A DNA stretch of 64,000 nucleotides from Mustelus asterias (lineage: Eukaryota). This document shows positions 24,738 through 39,029 of the stretch, in pieces. The notes under the pieces were generated by a model that had not been told where the DNA came from, ran no database searches, and saw only the letters and a program-made list of their open reading frames with translations. Each line of letters opens with the position of its first letter. Position 1 is the first letter of the stretch. The stretch covers positions 26,846,001 to 26,910,000 of the forward strand of contig NC_135804.1 in the NCBI RefSeq assembly GCF_964213995.1, read 5' to 3'. The translations under genes and the position numbers were made by a program.

Positions 24738-27121
24738 CTAATGGCAAGAAAACAAGGGGAGGAAAAGAGAATCAGGCAAAGGCCCATGTAGTACAACCTC
24801 AGGTAGCATCTGCAAGTGTCAAGTTTAAATGTATTCGCACTCTCTTCCAAGTAATGCATCAAAACATCCCACACTGGTCCCATTTTCTCACAGTTTACAA
24901 AATGTTGTCCAAGGTATGTTGTGGTCTTAATGCTACTATGATTTTCAACTAGACCTATCTTAAATTCATCAAAGATGATGGGCTGGATCTTCATCTCTCT
25001 GTCCAAGTCTAAATGGAGAAGTGCCATCCAAAGACATGGTGGGCGAGACCTGATTGGGGGATACCTGACCCCATGCCTGTTATTGGCAAGTTTTATCGGT
25101 GTGGGTCATCAGCATGTACACAGCACTCCCAACATCATTGACTGCATTGAGGGTTAGGCATTTCAGGCTGTGATTTTGAGAAGGTGGCTAGCTTCTGGAA
25201 GTAGTATGGTTAAAAGCAGCTTGTGAAGTTATGAAGCATGGGGGTGGGGCTCTGTTCTGTAACTGGGTTCCTTCTGACAAAGGTGTTGCCAACTTCATGT
25301 CATAATAAAATGCTAAAAGATAAGGTAGAGTCCCACTGTTTGCAGACATTACATTCCTGTGAAGCTGCACAATACAGTACATTGATAAAGATTTCAAAAT
25401 TGGTCAGGCTGTACTTCAGCTCCCAGAATAATAATCATTTCACCAAAACAAAAGTACAGCATAGGCAAGAAGACAAGTTACTGTAACGCCTCAATGTCAG
25501 GAAACTCCTTCTCGCATGAATCAATACACTAACACTCAACACCAGCCAAACATCCTGGGGAAAGGGAGAGGGAGAAAAATATGGATGAATGAATATTGTT
25601 CACGCAATAGGCGATAGTGTACAAAGCGCACAGCGCAGGTAGGTGAAAATGCAAATAAGGAAGTCGCAAAACGTGGGACTTAACGGTATGTTTTTAATGT
25701 AGCAATTGATAACCGGGCTTTGTTCTTTAAAGGTAAGTGACCATTAAATTGACCAGTTCTGCAAAAGTGGAAAAGTTTTCAGATGCATTAGAGTACATTA
25801 TCCACTTAATTAAATGTTCTTATACATTGTAGAATGTTGGCAGTTTTGACTATGTCAATTGACGTAATCTTTTCATTCAATGACAGCTCAGACATCTGTT
25901 TCCTTGCTTTAAAGTTTGAACATATAGTTGAGCTTTTTTTGGTGACTTTAAAGTTCTTCTGTATTAGGCTCAAGAGTTTTTGTTCACACAGTTGTGAATG
26001 TATGGCTGAGTTCTAAACTTAACTAATGGATTCAGCTCAGCAGGGGTTGTTTATGAACTGTCAGGAGGACTCTCAGCTTGCCTTAATAGCTTTATGGCAA
26101 CTTAATAGGGTAGATTTTTTATTAAGTGGATTTTGAAGGAGTTTGTTTATTTTGACAGTTTCACAAGCATTTCCAGGACTTGCTTATAGCCTTACAGTGT
26201 TCAAGATTTCTGCAAATAGTGGACACTGGGCAAAGGTTGAAATGGGAGCAAGGTAAATAGGCAGCACAGTGGGACGGGGGGGGGGGGGGGGGGGGAGGTT
26301 TGGTACAGGGGAGATTTCAGGGATTACCATCATAACTCTAGCCCATGCAAGGGCCAGGATCACAAAGTTGGGAAATGGTCCGATTCACAGTGAAAATCGG
26401 GCCATATATTTTTATATTTGTTCATGGGATTAGGTGGATTGGTATATTGCACAAAGTTTTCTTACATACTGAAGATGGTAGCTCTTTTGTTTTGGAGAAA
26501 AGCACATCTTGACGAAGCTGCTTGTGCCACTTTAAATATCTGACCCCAACCAGGATGGATGAGCAAACAGGAGCCAGAATTATTATTGGTGATTGCCATC
26601 TAGCAATGAATATTTAAAAAAAGGTAGAAATAAGCAGTCATAGTGATGGTGTCGATTTGTGATTGAAGGCTAATTTCAGGGGCCTATGAAAAGTGATCTG
26701 CTGCAGTCTAAAACACAATAATTGTATTCACTTTGTTTTGCATACATAAAGAAATAGTGGATATGTGATTACGTGCCATGTAAGTTGCCGCGCACCAGGC
26801 TGAGCCCTGCAAACAATCTCAAGTTAATTACTTTAATAATCTGCAACAGTTTGACCTTGTTGCTGGTATACTGTGTACCTCTTCCAAAAACAAATACTCT
26901 TTATATACGGAATCATTGTTTCATTTCATACTTTTCCCACAATTTCAACAAGTTGTGTGGTGAGTAAAAGGAGAAAACCTGAAACCGATGCACGTGAATT
27001 CTACCTTGTAGGATCAAATGCTGCAAAAGACATGTTGCAAGATACATTTTTTTTGACTTGAAATGGCAACTCTGGTTAAGGCCAATATAATTTTCTAAGG
27101 GACTCGCTTGACTATTTTTCA

Positions 27122-27343
<222 letters not shown>

Positions 27344-28619
27344 TTAAGGTGAAGAGAGTACAAGTGGAAGGCAGAAGGCTTTTTAAAAAAAATGTTCTGA
27401 TATTACGATAATGAGGCTGGTTATGGAAATAGCATCACCTCACCCTTCTGACTGGAGAAATCCCATGCATCTTCAATCAGGTACACTACAAGATAATTTT
27501 TGCACTACATTTCTGGACTATATGAACACATATATGTAAATTTTACGTATGGGTATTGTTGTATATTTTGTGTTTGCATCACTATTGTAAATGCCATATT
27601 GAATATGTTGACATTACTGTAATTATCAATAAATTATGATGCAAGGTCAAGGTGGCTATAATGGGGAGAGGGAGAGTGGTGGGGGGGGGGGGGGGGGGGG
27701 GGGGGGAGCAAACACTGAATTCTCCATTCCTGCAGCAGTTGGTGACATGTTCCTATCTTCTTGCTTCTCCCAGTAAGGAACAGCACAGACTAGGGTGACA
27801 GCATATGGAACTTTATGCGAGATAGGGTGTGAGCATCTGCGGTCAGAAAAGCAAGATCCAGAAGACAACGGCACAGTGGGATGGATGTTCACTTCAGGTC
27901 ATCTATTCCAGTATGGCTGGATCTTTGAAAAATTAAGAAAATGTAACCATCCCTTCGATAGTCTCAAGAATCTTATCACCTTTATGAACCCAATGTGTAC
28001 TCATGCATTCGCACTAGCCTTCTGGTCAAAAGTCTCATGATATAATGAGTGGTGTAGGAAAGAAACAATTTCCAGAAGAGGATATTTGACTCCTTATGAA
28101 TGGATTTTATCTTTATTGTATCCCAAGAATTGGTACCATTACTCTACCCTTTGTTAAAAAAATCTATTTATAAATAAATTGATGATTAGCTTTAGTTTGA
28201 TAGTATGGTATTTACCCTCTTCATAATAGACAAGAGGTAGGTGATGGATGTTGATATGGTCTTCAATGCATTGTAATGTAACTAACTGGTAACGTTCCAG
28301 TAACATGCTGCTCCACTAACAGTATGCACATGGGTGCACATTTGTTAAGTGTTGGAAGAAAGTCTGAACTGCAATGCCTTACATTGACTAAAATCTACAA
28401 ATAGCAACAATGTGCTAAAGGAATGCCAAGAAAATCACATCTTTCTTATGAGAAGATGTCTAAGGTCAAAGATTTACCATAGCAAAATAGAAATCAATTA
28501 ACTTAATATTTCCTTGGTGAACTATTTAGACCCAAAATTTTGCAATCGTCATTGAAATGAAGGAGTTGAAACTGTGTGTGTGTGTGCATGTGTGCATATA
28601 TGTGTGATGGCAAAATAGT

Positions 28620-28921
28620 TTAAGCTTATTTATTAGTGTCACAAGTAGGCTTACATTAACACTGCAATGAAGTTACTGTGAAAATCCCCTGGTTGCCACA
28701 CCGTGGCGCCTATTCGGGTACACTGAGGGATAATTTACCATGGCCAATGCACCTAACCAGCACGTCTTTCGGACTGTGGGAGGAAACCGGAGCACCCAGA
28801 GGAAACCCACGCAGACACAGGGAGAATGTACAAACTCCACACAGACAGTGACCCAAGCTGGGAATCGTACCCGGATCCCTGGTGCTGTGAGGCAGCAGTG
28901 CTAACCACTGTGCCACCGTGC
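28620..28921 (-). mobile_element. HE1-type SINE, tail B
   Basis: Head, V-domain and tail B. Confidence 0.87.
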
Positions 28922-29982
28922 GACATCATTTTCTTAATTTTTCAAAGATCCAGCCATACTGGCAAAAGATGACCTAAAGTGAACATTCATCCCACTGAGC
29001 TATTGTCTTCTGGATCTTGCTGTTCTGACCGCAGATGCTCACACCCTATCTCACATAAAGCTATCACCAAAGTCTGAGCTGATCTTTACTGGGAACATGA
29101 TGCTGGGAGGAGGTTGGTGTCCTTTAGGCCAACAGATTTGAAAAGATTTCTACATCTTTCCCAGTTTTTGTTGACTTCAGTGTGGAGACCCATTTTCCTT
29201 GGATAACTTTTTCAAAAATGTATTTTTCTGCACTAGTTTGATATTACAGCCCATTCAAATCTGAAGTGAAATTTTCCTTCAAAACATTTGTCTCTGGTAA
29301 TTATCTAATGACAGCATCAATATTATATCTGGCCCAATGAATTAATAAAAATCTTCCTAGTTAAAATGGCAACTATAAACAAATCAACAAGAATTTTCAT
29401 CTTCTGATTAGCTGACTATTCCAAAGCAGAATACATTTTTCAGATCTGTTTGGTCCAGACACCAAAAATGATTCAGAAAGATACATTTTAATTTAAAATA
29501 AACATTGTCTGAGTTGCTCCTCTGTCTTATTCAGTCTTCCATAGGCCAAAAAAAGCGTTAGCCTCTTCCAATCACATTCACTGGAGACTTTCTGCTTGGT
29601 GCAGATTCCCTTGTGTACTGCTAGTGTGATCCCAAGTTCTCCCAGCTGCTGTGATGGGATAATTTTTCATTTTGTTTTGAAAACAGTAAGGAGAATAAGT
29701 CTCCAAAATCCAGTCATAACACCTCAATATTGGTATGCAAAAATCCAACGAAGCTCTTCTAATCATCTGATTGTGCTGTCAGGACCTATTGTACCAAAAT
29801 AAATGGAAAAGTACCAAAACCATACAGAAGACTCATTAAATACAGATCAAATTACTAGTATCTTCCATCATTGTTAATGAAACAAGCAATTAGATTTTGA
29901 TGTAAACCTGCCCCATTCTTCATCTTTATCAGGAAAATATATATTGTTCATTTGAGGGATAACTTTGCACGACAATTGTTTA

Positions 29983-30237
<255 letters not shown>

Positions 30238-31459
30238 TCAATCACAGCTTCTCAGATTATTTTATTTACATTCCTGACAATGCATTCCTTTCTGTGCAAG
30301 GATGCTCTGTATCGGTACACTGACTTTACATGAGTGTACACAATACGTTTGAGTTAGTGTAGCAGGATTACTGAAACAAAGTTTCATTTTACTTCTTCTC
30401 AAGTTGGGTTAGTATCAAATTATATTACAACTAAATTATACTATTTATTAAAGTATCATCAGGACAGCGCTGAAGGAGGCCATTTGGCCCCTCCTGTCTG
30501 TGCAGGCCCCTTTGAGAAGAGCCAAGAGACAGCTCCACTCTCTTGCCCTCACAACCCTACAAAAAAATGTTAAAGTATCATCAGAGAATCTCTTTCAATT
30601 CAGTTTATAGCATTGTACCATTTACTAATCTTCTTTAGTTTGCAGTTAAAAGTACTGGACATCATTCAGTACGCAAATCAAACATGACTAGTTCTCTACC
30701 AGTCTTTGAACACACTTCAAAGCACAAGCAAGGAGGAACGTTACATGAATGATTAAGTATTTACTCAATTAAAACATTTTTCATTCAAAAACAGTCTATT
30801 GTATCACACTTCATTACAAGTTAGTACGGCAAAATTAGCTCGAGTTCTCATTTCACCCAGTGACATATTCCATCAATGAAGTATGTATGAACCAACTTTA
30901 TTTAGTAACCAAAAAAGATTGTGATAAGAAAACCGAGCAATCAAATCAATCGTTCCATTCATTGAACAAAGAAAAAAGTTACTAAGTGCACCTAATAATT
31001 TCTTCAGCTTTTTGCTTCCTGTTTCTCTTCTTAAAATGACAGGAGTATATTAGCCAGCCGAAACACAACATAAAAAACATTTTCAAAAATAAAAGTTACG
31101 TGCAAAATGAGTTGATGCTAGAAATACCTTCTTGTGACAAGAAGTCTTAACAATTTTCTGAAGTCTGTTTACCCAATTATTGGGATTTTACTTCCTGTGG
31201 AGGAATAAGCGGAACTCCACCACTTTGCCTGCCATGGAATCGGAGCAGGCGAGGACCCGACAATGGAAATCTCCATTGACTTCGGGTGGGAATTTCTGGT
31301 CTTGCCCGAGCGAGGCTGCAAAAATCCCGCCCATTATGTCCAAGAGATGCATCAGATGTTTCCATCCCCCTTCTATGAGACTGCAATACTAGAGCACACC
31401 GTGTAGAAAAGGGAAAAATAGGAATTCCATTTTTTCAATTTTTTTGAAATATATCACAA

Positions 31460-31780
31460 AATCCCTACAGTGCAGAAGGAGGCCATTCAGCCCATTGGGT
31501 CTGCATCGACTCTCTAACAGAGCGTCCCACCCAGGTCCTATCCCTGTAACCCCACTTATTTACCCCGCTAATCCCCTGAACTACACATCTTGAGACACTA
31601 ACATGGCCCATCCACTTAACCTACAAATCTTGGGACTGTGGGAGGAAACCGGAGTATCCGGCGGAAACCCACAGAGACACGGGGAGAATGCGCAAACTCC
31701 ACACACACAGTCAACCAAGGCCAGAATTGAATTCGGGTCCCTGGCACTGAGAGACAGCAGTGTTAACTACTGTGCCACCC
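31460..31780 (-). mobile_element. HE1-type SINE, tail A (older)
   Basis: Head, V-domain and tail A. Confidence 0.8.
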
Positions 31781-33332
31781 TATACATAGCTACAATACAC
31801 TGAATAACTATTTCTAGTTAATGGTATTTTTGGCATAACGTTCTGTGTGCGTTGCTCAGGTGGGCCGATGATTATGTCAAGATCAGAGGGAGATCTTAGA
31901 GATTGTGATCAGAGCCAGACAGTCAATCAGGCCTGGACTATGGTGAATGAGCACATGCTACTGGCTACACAACCATGAGAAAAATTCTCTTGGTTGCTCT
32001 TCGAACTTTCTGAAAAGTGAGCAAAAACAAAGGCTTTGAGGACAAAAGCAGCAGCAATACGTCTTAAATATTAAGTCAATGACACAAAACAGGTAGGCAT
32101 GGTGAATGTGTGACAATAATTGGATACAAAAACAGTTTTTTGTGTTTCATAGTACAGTTAAAAGCAATTCTGTAGAAAAAAAAATCATCATCGAAGACAC
32201 TAACATCTTCCTGGACCACGGGTTTCATCTAATGTTTCCAAAAGCAGGCACGCAAACAACCAAAATCAAGGTTACAAAGGTTAAACATTCTGGACTTGGC
32301 CAAGGGGAGACCATAGTCTCTACCCATCTGTTCAGAGGAACAACATGCTTTTTGGTACTGCTGGCTGCTATTGCCCTTCCAGCACATCAGGGCAGGTCTA
32401 AGGTTGGACTGCTAAAGCTGTAGTAACAATGCACCTTGTAAACAGCATTTCTTTTCACGAGAGCCTTTATAATTACTGATCTGATGGGTCCAAAAGGCTG
32501 GATTGAGCACAAATTCTGTGTCCCCCAAATACCACTATTACACACTCTGGTAACACAAGTTAGCGATGGAAATATAAAAAAGCTTTGCATTTTTCGCAAA
32601 CAATGGGCCACTTTTCAGCAAAGATAAAATAATGCTGAACAGAAGCAAGATAAGGGACACTCACAATAGCAGCACTTTTCACAGAATACCACAAGGTTTT
32701 TCTCCTAATAGTTAACATTGTGTCATGGTCTCAAGGACTCCTGCTGAGCCAGTCTCAGTCTATTCTACGCAAAAAGAGGGAGGATGGTTATAAAATAACT
32801 CATTTAGGCCTAGTCCTGGCATTATAATTGAGTATTTGGCTGAAATGCATCTTAAAAGTGGCAGTATATTAATATGCTTTATATATTGTCATGTAATAAA
32901 TTATGTAGAATGCATAAAACATGACAAAGTTAAACACCTTCTGCAATGGACCCTGTAGATGTGTAAATTTGCCTTTTAAAAAAAGCCTACAAGGCTTTTC
33001 AATTTTTTAGACCAACAACTGCAATAAGTCACTTGTATGAAGATTCAAATGCATAATCCAAACAAAACTTTAAACCCCAAATTCACAATTGCTGATTCTA
33101 TGAAATTTAACACTTTAAAATTTAACCTATATTATGCTGCTAAATAAAGAAAATTACAGACTTAATTGGGTCAATTCCTCCTGCTGAACATACAAGCCTC
33201 TGTATAAAAACCTCTACAGTAGCTCTAATATACATTGTTATTAATATACATCTATATCTATATTTTATTAAAATGAATTATTCCAAAGTGGGCATTCAAA
33301 AATACATGATAATTGGGATTTTTAAAAATTCA

Positions 33333-33560
<228 letters not shown>

Positions 33561-34386
33561 CTATAAAAAAAGGCAGCACAAATAAAATGGTCAACATCTA
33601 CTTAACGATGATATTTTTACATTAAGCTTACTGCAGAATTTCTATGCAATAATCAGAGTTTCTCACTAACTTCAATGATTCTATAAACTTTCCAGCCCTT
33701 ATTATATTACTGTGGTGGGATTTGAACCTACATCCCCAGAGCATTAACCTGGGCCACTGCATTACTAGTCCAGTGACATTGCCACTCTGCCACTGCATTC
33801 CCCATTAGATTTCTGTCTACTCTGTAAAGCCCCTTCAGAATTCTATAGGATTCAGTGAGGTCAATGCTCATTTTTCTAAATTATAGACCCAATTTACTCA
33901 GCCTATCGTAGGACAATCCACCTAATCATATTACCTCTCCTCATATTTCCTACCAAAATGAATCATGTCTCACATTTCTGCATTAAACTTCATTTGTCAC
34001 ATCTTCTCATTTCATTAGTCTGACACCATCTTGCAGAAATTTATTACCAGCTTTCTCTTCGTTTGGTATATTGTCTCAATGCCTCGGAGCGTTTCCCTGG
34101 CACATTAAGGTTGACTGGCTTGTGGTTATGATCCCCAATATACTTGGTTAAACAGCTCATTCCAAGCCTTTGTCAATGTTACTTGGCAAGACCTGTTTAA
34201 GAGCACTTTCTCTCCTTACCATTGAAATAGCTATTAGGATCTTTTGATGTTCCCCTCTCGACTGCAAATGGTATCACATCTTGCTCCCTTTATTGTCCAT
34301 CAGATTACTCCACTTTTCACATCATTTTGTAGCTTACTCTCCCCTCAATTATGGTATTTGTAAAAATGTTTACACTGTACATTTCA

Positions 34387-34569
<183 letters not shown>

Positions 34570-35421
34570 TCAAGGTGAAGAACATGAGATTCTTCACATG
34601 CTTACACATCAAGAGTGAAACAGGAAAAGAGGCCAGCACCAAAACCTAAGAGGACATGGAATCGTTCCAGCACAGACACAGGCCTTTCAGCCGTTGCGTC
34701 TATGCTGGCTCTCTACAAGAGCAACTTACCGAATGCCAATTCCCCATCTTTTTCCCATGGCCTACAATTTTCTCCTGTACTGTAATGATCCAATTCCCTT
34801 TGGAAAACGACAACTGATGTGCCTCCACTGCATTTTCAGGCAGTGCATTCCAGATCCCGAACCACTTGCTGCGTAAAACAGCTTTTCTTCATGTTGCCAT
34901 TGCTTCTTTGGTCAATCACCTTAACTCCATGTCCTCTGCATTTACATTTCCGACCACTGACAAGATACAATGAGATACAGGGCTGATTCCTCTCCTGGTG
35001 CTGACTGGGAGTAATTAGCATGGAGTGTGCTGGATGTGCACTCACCAACACCTGGACTGACTGTTTCTCTTTTTGTTCTAAGTTTAATATTTGTTGAACA
35101 GTAAAGAATTCACGCTCAGAAAATGGAGTCATCATAAAGCACAACATAAACAATCTTAATCCTACTTCAAACAGCATTCCGCAGAAGGTTACGATACAGA
35201 ACATAAGGAGCAACATTCTAGGTAGATGAATCTATACAAGGACCAAACTCAACTCTCTGACATCAGACTTGGGCTGAAGAGCATAAGAATAGTTTTGAAA
35301 AAAGGATATTTCAGCTCAATTCCTGGTGAAAACTGGAGAATTAGGTACTTATCTTTAAGTATGTACTAAAAAAATATAAATATCTCACTTATCTGCATTT
35401 AAATAAAAAGTCAATACTTGC

Positions 35422-35516
35422 CACGGGTTTGGAGAAATGATCCTCAGCCAGGCCAAGATCCATCATTCGGTCTGTATGTGCATTGACCTCCCTATACAAA
35501 GAGTCTGTGTATAGTC
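35422..35516 (-). CDS. DEF8: DEF8 coding exon 2 (GLYTDSLYREVNAHTDRMMDLGLAEDHFSKPV)
   Basis: MDLGL.EDHFS.PV motif; donor reads GTG|GCAAGT (GC donor). Confidence 0.9.
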
Positions 35517-36471
35517 CTACAATAGGAAAAATGGTATTTGTTAATGGAAATTTGAGCTACTGAAAGGAAAAATTATCTAGAAATACACAGAAGTATATCC
35601 AGGAATGTTGTGCAAATACTATTATAACCAACACCCAGGTAGGAGATATTCTCCAGCCAGCTTTATGCAAATTTCACTGAAGATGATCAGCTGCAGAAAT
35701 GCCTGATTCATCTTTAAATCCTTGGTGTTTTTAAAACATATCCACACAAATGCTTAGAAAGAAAATTCCAAACTCAACTCATACCTTATATTTTAAATTC
35801 ATCTAACTCAACTGTCAAGTTTAAAACAAAGAAAGTTGACTTCTGTATAACAGCTTTTGTTCACTAGATATGCCTTACGTAATTTCCTGTTGTACCTCCC
35901 ATCTTTCATGGAGTCACAAGACTGGTTATTTCAGCTGTAGCTTTCCCTTTCAGCAGTCACATGGCTCTTCCCCACATTGCGTGCAACGGGTCCAATTGAC
36001 ATCGAAAGTGAAATACTTTGTCGAGGCATGAAGATTGCACAATCTAATGTTTAATTTGACCATAATCCAACTTTACATTTTAAGAAGTGATTTCAAGTTT
36101 TATTTCTTCCTATATTCAGCAGCAACCCCCCCCCCTCGCTCTCAGCTCCCCAAACAGCGATTCAAATTGGGTTACGGCGCTATCAATCTCAGCAGGCCTC
36201 CGGGGTTCCATCCTTGTAATCACCCTTTCTTGTCTTCATCTCTAACACCAACCTCTGCATTCGTCAGATCACCTGAAGAAGTTGGTTGACCTCAGCTGAG
36301 TTAATGATGGAGCCAGGGCAAGCCAGGACCTTTAGGGAGTGACAGAACAAATGAATATGGAACACCTTTTGCCTTGACTCTAATTTTCAATCATTTCTTC
36401 TCTAACCCTTGAGAAATGCTAGTCCTGGATCAGTGTACATAGCACTCTGAGTCAATGAATAATACAAGTTA

Positions 36472-36705
<234 letters not shown>

Positions 36706-37529
36706 TTATCTTGAAGTGAATTTTCCTTCGATATTTAATCCCTCAGCTAGTAAGCGAAATATGAATTAATTTGAGCAGAAATTAGAAATTATCGCAGGAG
36801 AAATTAGGTACTTATTTACCGTGGTGTCGGACCAGAATTTATTCAAGGGGCGACCATGTACATTTGAGCTGTCAGCAGAATTACCAAATTAGGATTCAAA
36901 TGCAGTTTGGTACAAACAAGAGCCGTGAGAAAAGGATTGGCTGTCTGAACCACAACTGTAGACCTTACTGTCTTTGTGGTTAGATTGTCATGAAGACTTG
37001 TTCATTGATCACGAACACTCGCTCAACACAGTAAGTGATAGAATAATCTCAGGTTCTTTATAGTAAAAAAACGGCAATTTCTGAATAAAAGTCCCATCTT
37101 TTTAAAAGAAAAGTCTTATACAGTAGATAATTCCCCAGCCATGTCAGCTGTTCCCCGAACCTACAAATGTCTTTTACCAACTGACCACCATTAAATCACT
37201 GATTTTTGTCAGTGTTTCCTTATGGCCCAAAAATCAGGAACTGAGGTGTGGCTATGAATCCATCTCTTGTCATTCCAAGGCATGGAGTGCTGCAACATCT
37301 ATTCTACCCCCCAAGTTCAAAAAGCAAAGTCTGCTGCAGAGTAGAAAATATTTTGTCCTAGTATAATCAAGCTGGAGCAAGTACAAAGTCTTCTCTGCGA
37401 CCTTAAAGAATTACTGTAGGGCACATCTGCATTTGAAAATTTCAAAAGCAATCAGCTGAAAATAAAAAAATCTAATATTCAGAGATTTTATTCCAATGCT
37501 CACATGTAAACATTTGTACAATAATCATA

Positions 37530-37856
37530 GGCGGCACGGTGGCACAATGATTAGCGCTATGGCCTCACAGCACCAAGAACCCGGGTTTGATTCCAGTTTG
37601 CGTCACTGTCTGTGTGGAGTTTGCTAATTCTCCCTGTGTCTGCGTGGGTTTCCTCTGGGTGCTCTGGTTTCCTCCCACAGTCCAAAGATGGGCGGGTTAG
37701 GTAAATTGGCCATCCTAAATTGCCCCTTAGTGTCATGGGGACTAGCTAGGGTAAATGCATGGGGTTACAGGGATAGGGCCTGGGTGGGATTGTGGTCGGT
37801 GCAGACTCAATGGGCCGAATGGCCTCCTTCTGCACTGTAGGATTCTATGATTCTAT
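37530..37856 (+). mobile_element. HE1-type SINE, tail A
   Basis: Head, V-domain and tail A. Confidence 0.87.
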
Positions 37857-38574
37857 CACCCTAATGAATAGGAAAACGCATTCTGATTGCGATTTCAACC
37901 TATCCACATGCTGCTTGCTTGCTGATGCAGACAAAATTGCTTGTTTTGGATTATGATCTATCAAACTGGTCACAAAGTTTAATCAGTTGGTTTAAACATA
38001 TAGCTCAGCATGTGTTAACAATGAAGGCTATAATGTCCTGTTCTATTGCATTCTCCGACCATACAACTTTATTTCTCATCAAAAGTAAAACAATGAGGCC
38101 TTTATAAGCTGAAGCATGTGGAAGCACAGTTAATGTGATAAGAAAATTGTAATCACGCTCACAGGACCTTCTGAACAAGACAAACCATTGTTATTACTTT
38201 TGTGTTGGGAGGTTTGGGAGCAATCATTTACTCAACCAGAGTGGCACCCTTGCAAAAATCAGTCTATAAACAAAACACTCGGACCAACCATATATAATCC
38301 ATGGTTAGAGGCTGCACCCAGATAAAAGAACAAGGAGAATATGGGAATTATATTCATGGAACATTTTGCTAAAGAGAGTAGGTCAGACAGAGACTACTGC
38401 TCCACTTAAAGTGGAAGCAAAGTAAGGTGATGATCTATGAAGATAGGACACTGGGAAGTAGTTTTGGCTTACTTTAGCAAAGAGCCCACACAGACTAAAC
38501 AGGTTGAATTGTTTCCTTCCCTGTTGGGAACTTCTATAATCCTAAATGCTGAGTGAGTAGCCAGTGGTTAAAGA

Positions 38575-39000
38575 AAGATTGCATTTATATCATGCCTTTC
38601 ATGGTCACAGGACATCCCAAAGCACTTTGCAACCACTGAAGTATCTTTGAAGTGCAGGAAATGAGGCAGCCAATTTGTGCACAAGCTCCCATAAACAGCA
38701 ATTGAAAATGACCAGATAATCTGTTTTTGTGATGTTAATTGTGGGATAAATATTGATCAGGACATATGGGACAATTCCCCTGCTCTTCCTTAGAATTGCA
38801 CTATGGGATCGTTTACATCCACCTGAGCAGGAAAACGAATTTTGGCATCTCATCCAAAAGACAGCACCTCTGACAGTGCAGCACTCCGGCCATGCTGCAC
38901 TGCAGTATCAGTCTCATTTTTTGAGTTCAAGTCCTGGAGTTCTGAGCCCACAAGTTTCTCCCCAGAGGCTTTTATGCTACCAACAGAACCACAGCTGACA
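38575..39000 (-). mobile_element. Deu-domain SINE (SacSINE1/AmnSINE1-like); shorter relative at 3255-3495
   Basis: ...GGGATAAATATTG.CAGGACA..CCCCTGCTCTTCTT..ATGGGATC.TTTACATCCACCTGAG..AAAGACAGCACCTC, recognised as Deu-domain-like. Confidence 0.6.
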
Positions 39001-39029
39001 CAAAACAGTGTTTGGATGAAGTCACAGAG

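Noticed and set aside
26274-26296. Poly-G tracts (also 27681-27706, 49666-49688) as G-quadruplex elements
   Set aside because: Simple homopolymers of uncertain length; no further support.
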